Position numbers and translations under genes: made by a program. The notes under the pieces were generated by a model. That model did no database searches and was not told the DNA's origin. It saw only the letters and a program-made list of their open reading frames with translations. Below, piece after piece: positions 17,600-27,369 of a stretch of DNA of 64,000 bases. This DNA is from Patescibacteria group bacterium. Lineage in GTDB: Bacteria > Patescibacteriota > Microgenomatia > Daviesbacterales > UBA10151. The first letter of the stretch is position 1. Each line of letters starts with the position of its first letter. The DNA lies in the NCBI GenBank assembly GCA_023379125.1, contig JAMCSY010000004.1, forward strand, positions 122,588 through 186,587, in the 5' to 3' direction.

Positions 17600-18838
17600 G
17601 TGGAAATAATTAAAAAGGTTATTCAACAAACCTCTTGGCAACTAATTGGTAAGCTTGCTACAGCACTCTCCACTTTTGTCATTTTAGGAATCATTGCTCG
17701 TTTCTATGGAGAAACCGGGGTGGGTATCTATACGCTCGCCCTAGCCTATCTAGCCTTTTTTTACTTAGCGACTGATTTAGGTCTTAACTCTTATCTACTT
17801 CCAAAAATAAACTTACAAGACTCGTTGCTAAACTCTTTGTTTAAGTTGAGGATATTTTGGGCAATTATTTTACTAGCCCCTACTCTACTGCTTGTTTTTG
17901 TATTACCTATTGGGGATAGTGACTTTCGCAAAGCAGTTATTGTAGGTTTGCCAACGATAGTGACGAGTGCGATTTTGTTCACCACTAGCTTAATTTTCCA
18001 AAAGGCTTTACATTTTGAAAAAGTAGCAATTGCTTCTTTAATTGGCAGTGTTGCCTCTTTGAGTATTGTTTTTCTACTTGCTGGCCGAGCTCAGGTCTAT
18101 CTGCTGTTGTTGGGTCCGGTATTGGCGGCAATATGCTCGGTAGCAGTGAGCTTAAGTTCGGCACAGAAATATTATCGACTTAACCTCTGGCATCAGATCA
18201 AACTGCCACTCTCCCCTTTTGCTAAGGCCTGGCCTATTTCTTTGGCTTTGGTAGTAAACACAGTTTATTTTCGTGTAGATAGTTTTATCCTTTCCCATTA
18301 TTATTCTTTAGCAGAAGTTGGTGTATATAATATTGCCTATCAAATTTTTCAGACAATCCTGGTTATCCCGACATTTATCATGAACTCTTTTTATCCTTTA
18401 ATTGCTAGTGATTTTTATAGTTCACTGGTATCTTTCCAAAAGAGACTAAACAGGGCTGGATTACTATTACTTCTTATTTCTCTCAGTGGTGTTGTCTTAA
18501 CCTGGTTGCTTAGCCCCTTGATCATTGAGTTAATTAGTGGACAAGGTTTCCAGGGATCCATTGTGGCTCTACGTGTGCTGTCTTTGAGTTTTCCTGCATT
18601 TTTTATTACCTCACTACTAATGGCCGCGCTGATAATTTTAAACAAAAGTAAATCAGTAGCCTTAATTTATAGCTTGGGTCTGATAATGAATTTAGTACTT
18701 AATTTTGTTTTTATCCCTCGTTACTCCTATTTAGCAGCTGCTTGGGTAACTGTTGTTGGCGAGTACTTGATTTTGGTTTGTCAACTAATCATACTAATTT
18801 GGTCACTAAAAAACTTCACAGTTAATGGAAGAAAATAA
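17600..18838 (+). CDS. Polysaccharide biosynthesis/flippase family membrane protein (PST/Wzx/MurJ-like).
   Basis: About 12 TM helices. GTG start at 17600. The N-terminal motif is typical of MOP flippases. Confidence 0.6.
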   Translation: MEIIKKVIQQTSWQLIGKLATALSTFVILGIIARFYGETGVGIYTLALAYLAFFYLATDLGLNSYLLPKINLQDSLLNSLFKLRIFWAIILLAPTLLLVFVLPIGDSDFRKAVIVGLPTIVTSAILFTTSLIFQKALHFEKVAIASLIGSVASLSIVFLLAGRAQVYLLLLGPVLAAICSVAVSLSSAQKYYRLNLWHQIKLPLSPFAKAWPISLALVVNTVYFRVDSFILSHYYSLAEVGVYNIAYQIFQTILVIPTFIMNSFYPLIASDFYSSLVSFQKRLNRAGLLLLLISLSGVVLTWLLSPLIIELISGQGFQGSIVALRVLSLSFPAFFITSLLMAALIILNKSKSVALIYSLGLIMNLVLNFVFIPRYSYLAAAWVTVVGEYLILVCQLIILIWSLKNFTVNGRK

Positions 18839-19256
18839 ATACCACTTTATAATTAACACGGATGGTGCTTCCAGACAGAATCCTGGTTTTGCAGCAGCTG
18901 CCTTTATTGTGAAAGACCCAGCAGGCAAAGTATTACTACAAGAAGGAAAATATTTAGGTATTGCCACTAATAATGAGGCGGAATATCGAGCAGTAATTAA
19001 TGCACTTGCTGCTCTACTACTTTATGAAGATGCTAATCTGCCAACGAAGGTACTTGTTAAAGCGGACTCTCTTTTAGTAATTCAGCAATTAAGAGGTATT
19101 TATAAAATTAAAAGCTTGTCGTTAAAAAATTTATTTGAGCAAGTCAAACAACTTGAGCAACAAATTGGACTCGTTGACTATGTACATATTAAACGCTCAG
19201 AAAATTCGGAAGCAGACTTGCTAGGTAATATTGCTCTTGATCAAACTCTAAACTAA
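18825..19256 (+). CDS. RNase H type-1-like protein.
   Basis: NTDGASRQNPG (Asp), NNEAEYRA (Glu), KADS and SEAD residues match the RNase HI DEDD catalytic arrangement. Confidence 0.7.
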   Translation: MEENKYHFIINTDGASRQNPGFAAAAFIVKDPAGKVLLQEGKYLGIATNNEAEYRAVINALAALLLYEDANLPTKVLVKADSLLVIQQLRGIYKIKSLSLKNLFEQVKQLEQQIGLVDYVHIKRSENSEADLLGNIALDQTLN

Positions 19257-19498
19257 ACTATTAACACGTTTTAGTCATATCATTCTCCGCATTTGTCGCA
19301 ATATCTGAAAGGTTACGTAGTGCGTACTCAACATTTGTAGTTTTATAATTAGTAACAATTAAAAATCATGTTTAGCAATTATTTAACTAAGAGCATTTTG
19401 CGTGATTTACTAATATACCTTAAAGATATCTTGAAAATTCCTATTATAAAAGGTAGAGTAACGTGAAATAGATTTAACTATCTATCATTTAAATTGCT

Positions 19499-22400
19499 AT
19501 GAAAACACTTTCGCGAAACTCGCCCGTCGCAATAGTTGTTGGGGCTGCCGGATTTATAGGATCAAATTTAGTTGATAATTTATTGCAAAAAGGTGTTCAA
19601 GTAATTGGTGTTGATAATTTATCCAAAGGTCGTGTAATTAACTTAGATGCTGCCAGTAAACATCATAATTTTTCTCTAATTATTGAAAATTTTTCCAGAA
19701 CGACTTTTTATGATTTAGCCAGGCTTGACTATTTATTTATCGCTTTACCGGAGAATTTAGCGGAAAAAGAGCTAAATCAGGGTCTTTTAAATTTTGCTAG
19801 TTATCTACAACAACTAAAAACAAAAGTTCTTTTTATTTCTTCAACCGATATTTACAGTGCACAGTCTAATCAGCAAAATTTAGTTAATTTAGAAAAAGCA
19901 GTAGCCAATATTACCCTGCAGAAGAAACTTAATGCCCGAATTATTAGGACTGGTGTAATATTTGGGCCAAGAATGAGTTTTGTGCACCAAGATCCTCTGA
20001 CTAAGCTACTGTATAAAGCTTTAACCGATCAAACAATTAATCTAAGTTATGATACTCTAGATTTTGCAACTGCGGCTGTTTATATCAATGATTTAGTAAA
20101 TTTATTACTAAAGGCGGTGATTAAAAGCAATACTGCCTCGGAAGTTTATGATTGTGTCAATAATCAGCCAGTGGCTCTGACTGAAATTAAACAAATCTTA
20201 CTTGATCCTATTTGGCATGAAAAAAACAATTTTAAACCTACTCCACAAAAGATTCAGTCTACCCCAAACTTGGAAAAAACTGAAAAATCTCTAACTTGGC
20301 AGCCTCAGACTGATATTGTAGTAGCGCTTAAGCAAACGATGCAGTATTTCCAAAATCACAGAGAGATTTTGGGGGAACAAATTAACCTCAGTAATCAATT
20401 AGAGCAAAAAGTGCAAAATTTTAGCCAAAATATTGAGCAATTAACAACTCCGTTATTACACGAAATAGAAGAAAAATTACCAGCGCCAGTCCTACCAATT
20501 ATGCAGGTTCAAAACAATGCGGAAGAAAATCTAGCTAAAATGAAACCTCAGGTAGAAAAAAGCCTAGGAAAAACAATTCTAGATAAAGATGAGTTTAAAG
20601 ATGATAGCATTACTAACCATCTGAGATTACCCAGGGTAAAATTTTCTATTAATCCTCATCATTGGCCTGATCGAAAGCTTATTAAGCGAAGTAAAAATAT
20701 ATTATTGTTTAGCCTGGGGTTAGCGATTATTCTATGGGCGGTAATTTATCCAATTGGCAATGTTTGTTATCAAGCGGTGACTTATAATCAGCATCTGCAA
20801 AATAGTAGCTTAGCTTTGTCTCAGGGTGATTTTACCAAGGCCCAGTTAGAAAATCAGCAAGCAAAGCAGGGGATTGAGGCAATTAGTAAAATTGAATCTT
20901 CGTTGGTTATTCTACGCAATATTAATGCCTTTAATCAGTATTTTGAATCAGCTGATTTGATGATTCAGTTGGGTCAACAGGTCAACGATGGACTAGCACA
21001 TGCAATCACTGGAAGTCAGGCTTTTTATCAGGCAATGAAGGTGGTGTCTGGTGAAGATGATGGTGATTTATCAGCGCTAATAGCAACTTCTCAGACTCAA
21101 ACTGAAACAGCGGATCAAATTTTTGGCAGCCTGTCAGCCAGAATGTCGGATCCTGTTTTTACTCAAAGCGTTCCTACTCTGATTTATCCACAGATAGAAG
21201 AAATAAAGACGAGCGTTATCGCTTATCATCAGGTAGCTAGTTGGGGTAGGGTAGTCATGCAGGTTTTTCCGCTTGTTATAGACTCACAGAGTAATAAAAA
21301 CTATCTTGTTGTACTGACTAATAACGCTAGCCTAACTCCAGCTGGAGGAAGAGTAGTTGACTATGCTCAGATTAATTTTGATCATGGAAAGGTAAAGTTA
21401 GGTGAAGCTGGTGATGTTTTTCAATTAGACCAAAAACAACAACTTGCTATTAATCCACCAGCAGATCTTAAAAAAGACCTTCATTTAGACAGTTGGAGCT
21501 TGCAGTATGCGGGGACTGATCCGGACTTTGCAGAAAGTGCACGTAATATGGTCAGCTTGTACTCTCAGGAGAGCGGACAACAGGTTGCTGGGGTGTTAGC
21601 TTTGGATATCAATGGTTTGCATAGTTTGGTACAGGCGGTTGGCTCTGTCAATCTACCCAATAATCAAACAGCACTAACTAATGCCAACTTTGACCAAATT
21701 ATTTTGCACTCAGAAGATCGCTCGATACAACAAGAAGCCCTACAAGCATCATTAAATAAGTTGATTTTTTTGAATTCACAAAATTGGTTACGGATTTTTT
21801 CCTTGTTATCAGCCACTACTAGTCAAAAACACATTCAAGCCTTTGTTGCTGATCCTAGCGGAGAAGTGATTTTACAAGATGCTGGTTGGGCAGGGAGTTT
21901 TCCCCAGCAAACTAAAGATCAACCTGGCCAAAGAAATAATATTGTGGGTTTATCAGAAAATAATTTATTAGGTAATCAAGCAAATTTGAAAATCCATCGT
22001 CAGATTAGTTTAAAAAGTGATCTTTCTACAGATGGACAAGTGAGTCATCAATTGGCAATTGCTTTTGCCAATCAAAACCAGGCAGAAGCCACAACAACAG
22101 GAAACTACAATTTTAGGCTCAATTTGTATCTTTCTTCAGCTACTAAATTAATGAGTGCCGCGTGGGGGAGTCAAGATGTTACAAAACAGATGGAAGCATT
22201 AACAGACTATGGTCGGGCAGGTTATTCAGTAGTTTTGTCATTACCTGAAAACTCTAGTCAGACACTGACAGTAACTTATCAGGACTACCAGCCAGTTAGT
22301 TTAAATGGTGGAAATTTAACATATAGTCAGCAGTTTATTAAACAACCTGGAACCAGTGGGGATGAAGTGACTTATCAACTTAGTTTCCCTACAAATTGGC

Positions 22401-22516
22401 GCGTTGTCTCAGCATTTGGTTTTACAGATAATCAAAAATTACAAGACAAAAGTAGCTTTACTACAGATAAAACTTATCAAGTGCTTTTTGGACAACAATC
22501 ACTGACTGGGGTTTAA
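19499..22516 (+). CDS. 1005-aa fusion protein. It joins an N-terminal NAD(P)-binding epimerase/dehydratase-like Rossmann domain, a TM segment and a large extracytoplasmic domain of unknown function (DUF4012-like).
   Basis: VVGAAGFIGSNLV Rossmann motif. TM at about residue 395 (ILLFSLGLAIILWAVIY). About 600-aa C-terminal domain. Confidence 0.55.
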   Translation: MKTLSRNSPVAIVVGAAGFIGSNLVDNLLQKGVQVIGVDNLSKGRVINLDAASKHHNFSLIIENFSRTTFYDLARLDYLFIALPENLAEKELNQGLLNFASYLQQLKTKVLFISSTDIYSAQSNQQNLVNLEKAVANITLQKKLNARIIRTGVIFGPRMSFVHQDPLTKLLYKALTDQTINLSYDTLDFATAAVYINDLVNLLLKAVIKSNTASEVYDCVNNQPVALTEIKQILLDPIWHEKNNFKPTPQKIQSTPNLEKTEKSLTWQPQTDIVVALKQTMQYFQNHREILGEQINLSNQLEQKVQNFSQNIEQLTTPLLHEIEEKLPAPVLPIMQVQNNAEENLAKMKPQVEKSLGKTILDKDEFKDDSITNHLRLPRVKFSINPHHWPDRKLIKRSKNILLFSLGLAIILWAVIYPIGNVCYQAVTYNQHLQNSSLALSQGDFTKAQLENQQAKQGIEAISKIESSLVILRNINAFNQYFESADLMIQLGQQVNDGLAHAITGSQAFYQAMKVVSGEDDGDLSALIATSQTQTETADQIFGSLSARMSDPVFTQSVPTLIYPQIEEIKTSVIAYHQVASWGRVVMQVFPLVIDSQSNKNYLVVLTNNASLTPAGGRVVDYAQINFDHGKVKLGEAGDVFQLDQKQQLAINPPADLKKDLHLDSWSLQYAGTDPDFAESARNMVSLYSQESGQQVAGVLALDINGLHSLVQAVGSVNLPNNQTALTNANFDQIILHSEDRSIQQEALQASLNKLIFLNSQNWLRIFSLLSATTSQKHIQAFVADPSGEVILQDAGWAGSFPQQTKDQPGQRNNIVGLSENNLLGNQANLKIHRQISLKSDLSTDGQVSHQLAIAFANQNQAEATTTGNYNFRLNLYLSSATKLMSAAWGSQDVTKQMEALTDYGRAGYSVVLSLPENSSQTLTVTYQDYQPVSLNGGNLTYSQQFIKQPGTSGDEVTYQLSFPTNWRVVSAFGFTDNQKLQDKSSFTTDKTYQVLFGQQSLTGV

Positions 22517-22835
22517 TAAGCACATTTTCTTCTGTTGAGCTTAAGTTGTATTGCAGCAAACCACGAGATATGGTAAATTACTCACATTGTTTTATTGTTC
22601 GAACAGAAAATCACGATACATCTTGGATATGGATGAAGACTAAAACAGTCGACCTGCGAGAATGAGCTGCTGATGCGTTTCTTTCGTTACAAAGAGAAGA
22701 TACGCATTATACGAAGAGGGATGGGGAAATTTATATTTCTGGCTGATTGTAGAATAGGCAAGTGAAGAAAAGTATGCTGTCAACAATTATAGTTTTAGGA
22801 TAAGATAATAACAGAGAATAGGAGAATATAAGAAG

Positions 22836-23588
22836 ATGGATAAGATATCTTTAAAAGCAACAGAAAGAACGGTTTTGGGTAAAAAAGTCAAAGCCTTAAG
22901 AAGAGAGGGTTTGGTGCCTGGACATGTTTTTGGCAATAAGGTTGAGAATGAGCAGGTCTCAGTTAAAGAGACTGATTTTTTGAAAGTTTTTCAGCAAGCA
23001 GGGGAGACAGGGGTAATCGATTTAAAAATCGGAGCGGAAAAGATTAGACCTGTAATGATTAAAAATATTCAGGTTGATGCTGTTAAAGGCACGCCCTTGC
23101 ATGTTGATTTTTTACAAGTTGACCTCACCAAAACTGTTACAGTACCTGTTCCTTTGGAATTAATTGGTGAAGAGCCGGAGTTAGTGCATACTGGTGAAGC
23201 GGTAGTTATTCAGCCAGTTAATGAGGTTGAGGTTGAAGCTTTGCCGGCGGATTTGCCAGAAAAAATTGAAGTTGATATCTCTTCTTTGCAACAGATTGAT
23301 GATGCCATTACTGTGGCTGATTTGAAAATAGGGGAAGGTATTACTATATTGGCTGAACAAGAAACAGTCGTGGCTAAGTTAGATAATGCTATTACAGAAG
23401 AAATGCAAAAATTAATGGAGGAACAGGCAGCAGAGACTGCTGAAGCAGCAGCCGCTGAAGCAGAAGCAGAGGCTGAAGAGGGTGAAAAAGCTGAAGGTGA
23501 GCAGGAGAACGAAGCTGAAGAGTCTAAAAAAGAAGCTAGTAGTGAAGAAGCTGAAGAGACTAATCAATCAGAAAAGCTTACAGAGTAA
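22836..23588 (+). CDS. rplY: 50S ribosomal protein L25/general stress protein Ctc, with an acidic C-terminal tail.
   Basis: The N-terminus LKATERTVLGKKVKALRREGLVPGHVFG matches the L25 family. The C-terminus is Glu/Ala-rich. Confidence 0.8.
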   Translation: MDKISLKATERTVLGKKVKALRREGLVPGHVFGNKVENEQVSVKETDFLKVFQQAGETGVIDLKIGAEKIRPVMIKNIQVDAVKGTPLHVDFLQVDLTKTVTVPVPLELIGEEPELVHTGEAVVIQPVNEVEVEALPADLPEKIEVDISSLQQIDDAITVADLKIGEGITILAEQETVVAKLDNAITEEMQKLMEEQAAETAEAAAAEAEAEAEEGEKAEGEQENEAEESKKEASSEEAEETNQSEKLTE

Positions 23589-23695
23589 CTTCGTACTATC
23601 AAACACTGCGGTGAATCTGCGCTTTTTTTGCGGTAAATAATTCCTATTTTGAGGCTAAGAGTGTTGTACGACTAAAGATACTAGCTTTTGTTTTG

Positions 23696-25852
23696 CTATA
23701 TTTTGTGTGTAAAGGGTAGATTTTCCTGTTTTAAAGATTCTGGCCAGTCCTCTTGGATGATCGATTTGGCTTGAGGATAAACTTGGTGCCAAAGATCTTC
23801 ACTAGTAAAAGGCATAAACGGATGAAGCAGTTTTAAGCAAGTTGTAAAGATATACTCTAGGCAAGGCTGGGCATCAGTCCTTCTTTTTTTAGACAATTCC
23901 AAGTAGCTATCAGCCAACTTGTGCCAAATAAAATCATAAAGTGATTCGGTAGCTAAATGTAGCTGATAATTTTCCAGATGATTTGTAACTTGGTCAATTA
24001 AACCGTTCAGGTGTTGGATAATTTCAATATCTTCATCATGAGAAAAATCACTTTCAAACAAAGCCTCAGCTGGTTTTAGTTCATAAATAAAACGGTAGAT
24101 ATTTTTTAATTTGGTAGCAAAATTACGATAGTTTTTACATCTTTCGTCCATTAACTGCTGTGAAGTGCGAGCATCTCGGCCGGGAGCAGAGTAGCTGAAA
24201 AGCGCCATTCGAGTAGGATCAACATCCCATTTCTGAACCAAATTATAAGGACTAATACCATTACCCAAAGATTTAGAAAACTTCTGGCCATGAATATCTC
24301 TTAACGTGCCATGAAAGAACATGTTTTTAAAAGGAATTTGCTCAGTAAACCAAATAGCAATCATAATTTGTCGAGCAATCCAGAGATATTTGATTTCCGG
24401 AGCTGTTAGCTCAAAATCCCAGGGAAAATACTTGCTCAACTGTTGTGTTTTTTCCGGCCAGCCCAATGTGGCCAGTGGCCAAAGTCCTGACGAAAACCAG
24501 GTATCCAAAACAGCTTCCTCTTGGACCCAAACTGTTTGTCCACAAGTTTGGCATGTTTGTTCTGGTGTAGATAAAGCAACAACCATATCTTTATCCTTGC
24601 CTACTTGATGAGTAGGATTACAAGTTTGGCAATACCAAACTGGGATACGGTGTCCCCACCAAAGATTGCGCGAGATAGACCAATCGTGAATTTCCTTCAT
24701 CCAAGTAGCTAAGATTTTCTGGTAGTTTTTAGGTAGAAAGTTAATCTGTGATAGCTTGGATAAGGCCTTTTGGGCAATTGGTTGCATTTTGACAAACCAC
24801 TCTTCAGAAATAAGTGGTTCAATCACAGTTTTGCAGCGTTCGCAAACTGGCACGGCATGTGTGTAGTCTTCAACTTTTTCCACAGCTGGACCTAATTTTT
24901 GGATAGTTAGTTGACGTGCCTCTTCGATTTTTAAACCGGATAAGTCCTCTGTTAACTCAGTCATTCGGCCAGTTTTATCAACAGCATGCAGAATTGGTAA
25001 GTTGTTATCTTGTCCAATGGCAAAATCTAATGGATCATGGCCGGGGGTAATTTTTAAAGCTCCTGTACCAAAATCTTCCTGGACACGCTTGTCCTCAATG
25101 ATGGGTATTTCATTACCAGTTAGGGGATTGATTGCTTTCTGACCAAGATATTTTTTATATTGAGGATGATTAGGGTAAACAGCAATTGCCACATCAGCAA
25201 AAATTGTTTCAGGACGCGCAGTGGCCACGGTAATAAACTCAGTTGGCTGATCAGAGATTTGGTATTTAACAAAGTAGAGTTTTTCTTTCTTTTGCTCATA
25301 TTCCATCTCCACATCTTCAATGGCTGTACCATCTTTAGGGCACCATTGGACAATGTAGGCTCCTTTATAAAGTAAATCTTGTTCCCAAAAGCTTTTAAAT
25401 TCCTCAAAAACAGCTTTTTGGACAGGTGGGTCTAGGGTAAATACTTCCTTGTCCCAATCTGCAGAGATGCCCAAAAAGTCCCAGGTTTGATGAAAAGAGT
25501 GATAAACCTCTTCTTTAAATTGCCATGCTTGTTTTAGCCACTCCTCGTGGCCTAGCTTTTGTTTAGATAAACCCTTTTTAGCCAGTTCCTTATTAAAAGT
25601 TGATTCAAAAATAATCCCAGCATGATCAACTCCTGGCAAAAGTAAGACGTCAAACCCCTGCATCCTTTTAAAACGGGCGAGAGCGTCCATGATTGATTGC
25701 TGCATGGCATGGCCTAGATGTAGCTCACCATTAACATTGGGAGGGGGCATTAAAATAGAGTATGGTTTTTTAGCAGAGTTTGGGTCAGCTGCAAAAAGCT
25801 TATGTCTGAGCCAATAATTATACCAATCTTTTTCTGCTGTTGGTTTGTCCAT
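23696..25852 (-). CDS. valS: Valyl-tRNA synthetase (short form).
   Basis: HIGH motif PPPNVNGELHLGHA and KMSKS motif KFSKSLGN. ValS-like PGVDHAGI. Confidence 0.85.
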   Translation of the reverse strand: MDKPTAEKDWYNYWLRHKLFAADPNSAKKPYSILMPPPNVNGELHLGHAMQQSIMDALARFKRMQGFDVLLLPGVDHAGIIFESTFNKELAKKGLSKQKLGHEEWLKQAWQFKEEVYHSFHQTWDFLGISADWDKEVFTLDPPVQKAVFEEFKSFWEQDLLYKGAYIVQWCPKDGTAIEDVEMEYEQKKEKLYFVKYQISDQPTEFITVATARPETIFADVAIAVYPNHPQYKKYLGQKAINPLTGNEIPIIEDKRVQEDFGTGALKITPGHDPLDFAIGQDNNLPILHAVDKTGRMTELTEDLSGLKIEEARQLTIQKLGPAVEKVEDYTHAVPVCERCKTVIEPLISEEWFVKMQPIAQKALSKLSQINFLPKNYQKILATWMKEIHDWSISRNLWWGHRIPVWYCQTCNPTHQVGKDKDMVVALSTPEQTCQTCGQTVWVQEEAVLDTWFSSGLWPLATLGWPEKTQQLSKYFPWDFELTAPEIKYLWIARQIMIAIWFTEQIPFKNMFFHGTLRDIHGQKFSKSLGNGISPYNLVQKWDVDPTRMALFSYSAPGRDARTSQQLMDERCKNYRNFATKLKNIYRFIYELKPAEALFESDFSHDEDIEIIQHLNGLIDQVTNHLENYQLHLATESLYDFIWHKLADSYLELSKKRRTDAQPCLEYIFTTCLKLLHPFMPFTSEDLWHQVYPQAKSIIQEDWPESLKQENLPFTHKI

Positions 25853-25932
25853 ATAGGCTCAAGTATAGCTGGATTGAAAGTGAGGGTCAATCGAAAAGAT
25901 TACTGGTGGATTATACAAAAGGGTTAACAGGA

Positions 25933-26217
25933 TTAGCAGTTTTCCTCGGGTGTTAAGAGAGCGACTAGCTCTTTGCTGGGGGAAAAACTACTATCTAAAA
26001 TGGTGAAACCTATCGCTGCTGCCAGAGAATTTTCTAGTTCTGTTGGGGAATCAATTACTGGATCTTGTCCTCTCCAATCCTGTTCCCATATATGGCACGC
26101 CGATTCAAAAACAGTATCAATGTCACATCCAGCAGATAACGAAAGAGCAATATGCACTGAAACCCGAGAGTGTATTTCTGCTAATGCTTTTGATGATAGT
26201 TCTGACTCAGTGATCAT
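25933..26217 (-). CDS. Hypothetical acidic 94-aa protein. The call is uncertain because an alternative + strand ORF overlaps it.
   Basis: It is co-oriented with the flanking tsaD and valS genes. No motif is recognised. Confidence 0.3.
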   Translation of the reverse strand: MITESELSSKALAEIHSRVSVHIALSLSAGCDIDTVFESACHIWEQDWRGQDPVIDSPTELENSLAAAIGFTILDSSFSPSKELVALLTPEENC

Positions 26218-26261
26218 CTTTTAGCTCGACAATTAACTATTAAATAGTATAACTCTTTTGT

Positions 26262-27338
26262 CTAGATTAAATTAAGTCCGGGGTTTGCCTGCAAGCTGAT
26301 TGATTCAACTACAATTGGATTAAAGTAGGCGGCCGCTGCAATCATAGCGGCGTTATCGGTACAAAATTGCAGTTTTGGGAAATGTATGGCCACACGTGGT
26401 AATTGCTGCCGGAAAGTCTCCGAAAGTTTTGTTTTTAAGTGGTGATTGGCTGCCACTCCACCAGCAATCATAACTTGTTCAGCACCAAGACTTTGGGAGG
26501 CAGCAACAAGCTTAGCGATTAGTACCTGACTAATGGTTTCCTGAATAGAAGCAGCCAAATCTGCTTGTTGTTGTGATGTTAAAGTCTTGTTTCCACCCTT
26601 TATTTTATTAGTGAGATTGAGGATGGCTGTCTTAAGTCCAGAAAAAGAAAAATCAAAATCAGTACTATTTAACATCGGTTTGGGTAAAGAATAAACTTGA
26701 GGATTGCCATTTTGGGCTGCTTGGGCAATCGCTGGGCCACCAGGATAAGGTAAATCAATTAAGCGAGCCCCTTTGTCAAAACACTCTCCAGCAGCATCAT
26801 CTCTTGTCCCACTAATATATTCAAACTGATGATGATCTTTCATTAAGACTAAATCAGTATGCCCACCAGAAATTAGTAAACCCAAACAGGGAAATTTTGG
26901 TGGGGTAGGATTATCCAGCCAATGGGCATAAAAATGACCAACTAAGTGATTAACTGGAATTAATGGTTTTTGCCAGACTAAACTTAATGTTTTGGCTGTT
27001 TCTACTCCAACCAACAAAGAACCAATTAAACCAGGTCCAACTGTGACTGCGATTGCTTCGATTTGTTCAGGTTTTAGCTTGGCCAGAAAGAGGGATTCTT
27101 TGATAACCGGAATGATAGCTTTAAGTTGTTCACGAGCTGCAAATTCTGGAATAACTCCACCGTATTTAGATTGCAATGATGCTGAAGAACTGACAATATT
27201 GGATAACAAAGTTACCCTTTTGTGATCACCTCGGATAATTGCGGCCGAAGTCTCGTCGCAGCTAGTTTCGATCGCTAGGATGGTTTTAAAAGTTTGTTGC
27301 ATAGTTGGTATTGTACATTCTTGAATTAAAAACTCCAA
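26262..27338 (-). CDS. tsaD: tRNA N6-adenosine threonylcarbamoyltransferase (Kae1/Gcp family).
   Basis: ILAIETSCDETSAAI motif and metal-binding His residues. The start may be the internal Met at MQQTFKT. Confidence 0.88.
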   Translation of the reverse strand: MEFLIQECTIPTMQQTFKTILAIETSCDETSAAIIRGDHKRVTLLSNIVSSSASLQSKYGGVIPEFAAREQLKAIIPVIKESLFLAKLKPEQIEAIAVTVGPGLIGSLLVGVETAKTLSLVWQKPLIPVNHLVGHFYAHWLDNPTPPKFPCLGLLISGGHTDLVLMKDHHQFEYISGTRDDAAGECFDKGARLIDLPYPGGPAIAQAAQNGNPQVYSLPKPMLNSTDFDFSFSGLKTAILNLTNKIKGGNKTLTSQQQADLAASIQETISQVLIAKLVAASQSLGAEQVMIAGGVAANHHLKTKLSETFRQQLPRVAIHFPKLQFCTDNAAMIAAAAYFNPIVVESISLQANPGLNLI

Positions 27339-27369
27339 TTATTGCTGTATAATTAGGACACTTTTTAAG

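Noticed and set aside
22517-22835. Possible tRNA or tmRNA in the rplY upstream gap. A ttgttcgaac stretch is reminiscent of a T-loop.
   Set aside because: There is no complementary T-stem or acceptor stem, no CCA-proximal structure and no tmRNA-like 5'-GGGG or 3' tRNA-like end.
23589-23695. gcgc-ttttttt-gcg after rplY as an intrinsic terminator.
   Set aside because: Only a 3-bp stem can form. The T-run exists but the hairpin is too weak to call.
25973-26224. + strand 83-aa ORF overlapping the minus-strand 94-aa ORF between valS and tsaD.
   Set aside because: No motif is present in either ORF. I tentatively kept the minus-strand ORF because it is co-oriented with both neighbours, but at low confidence.
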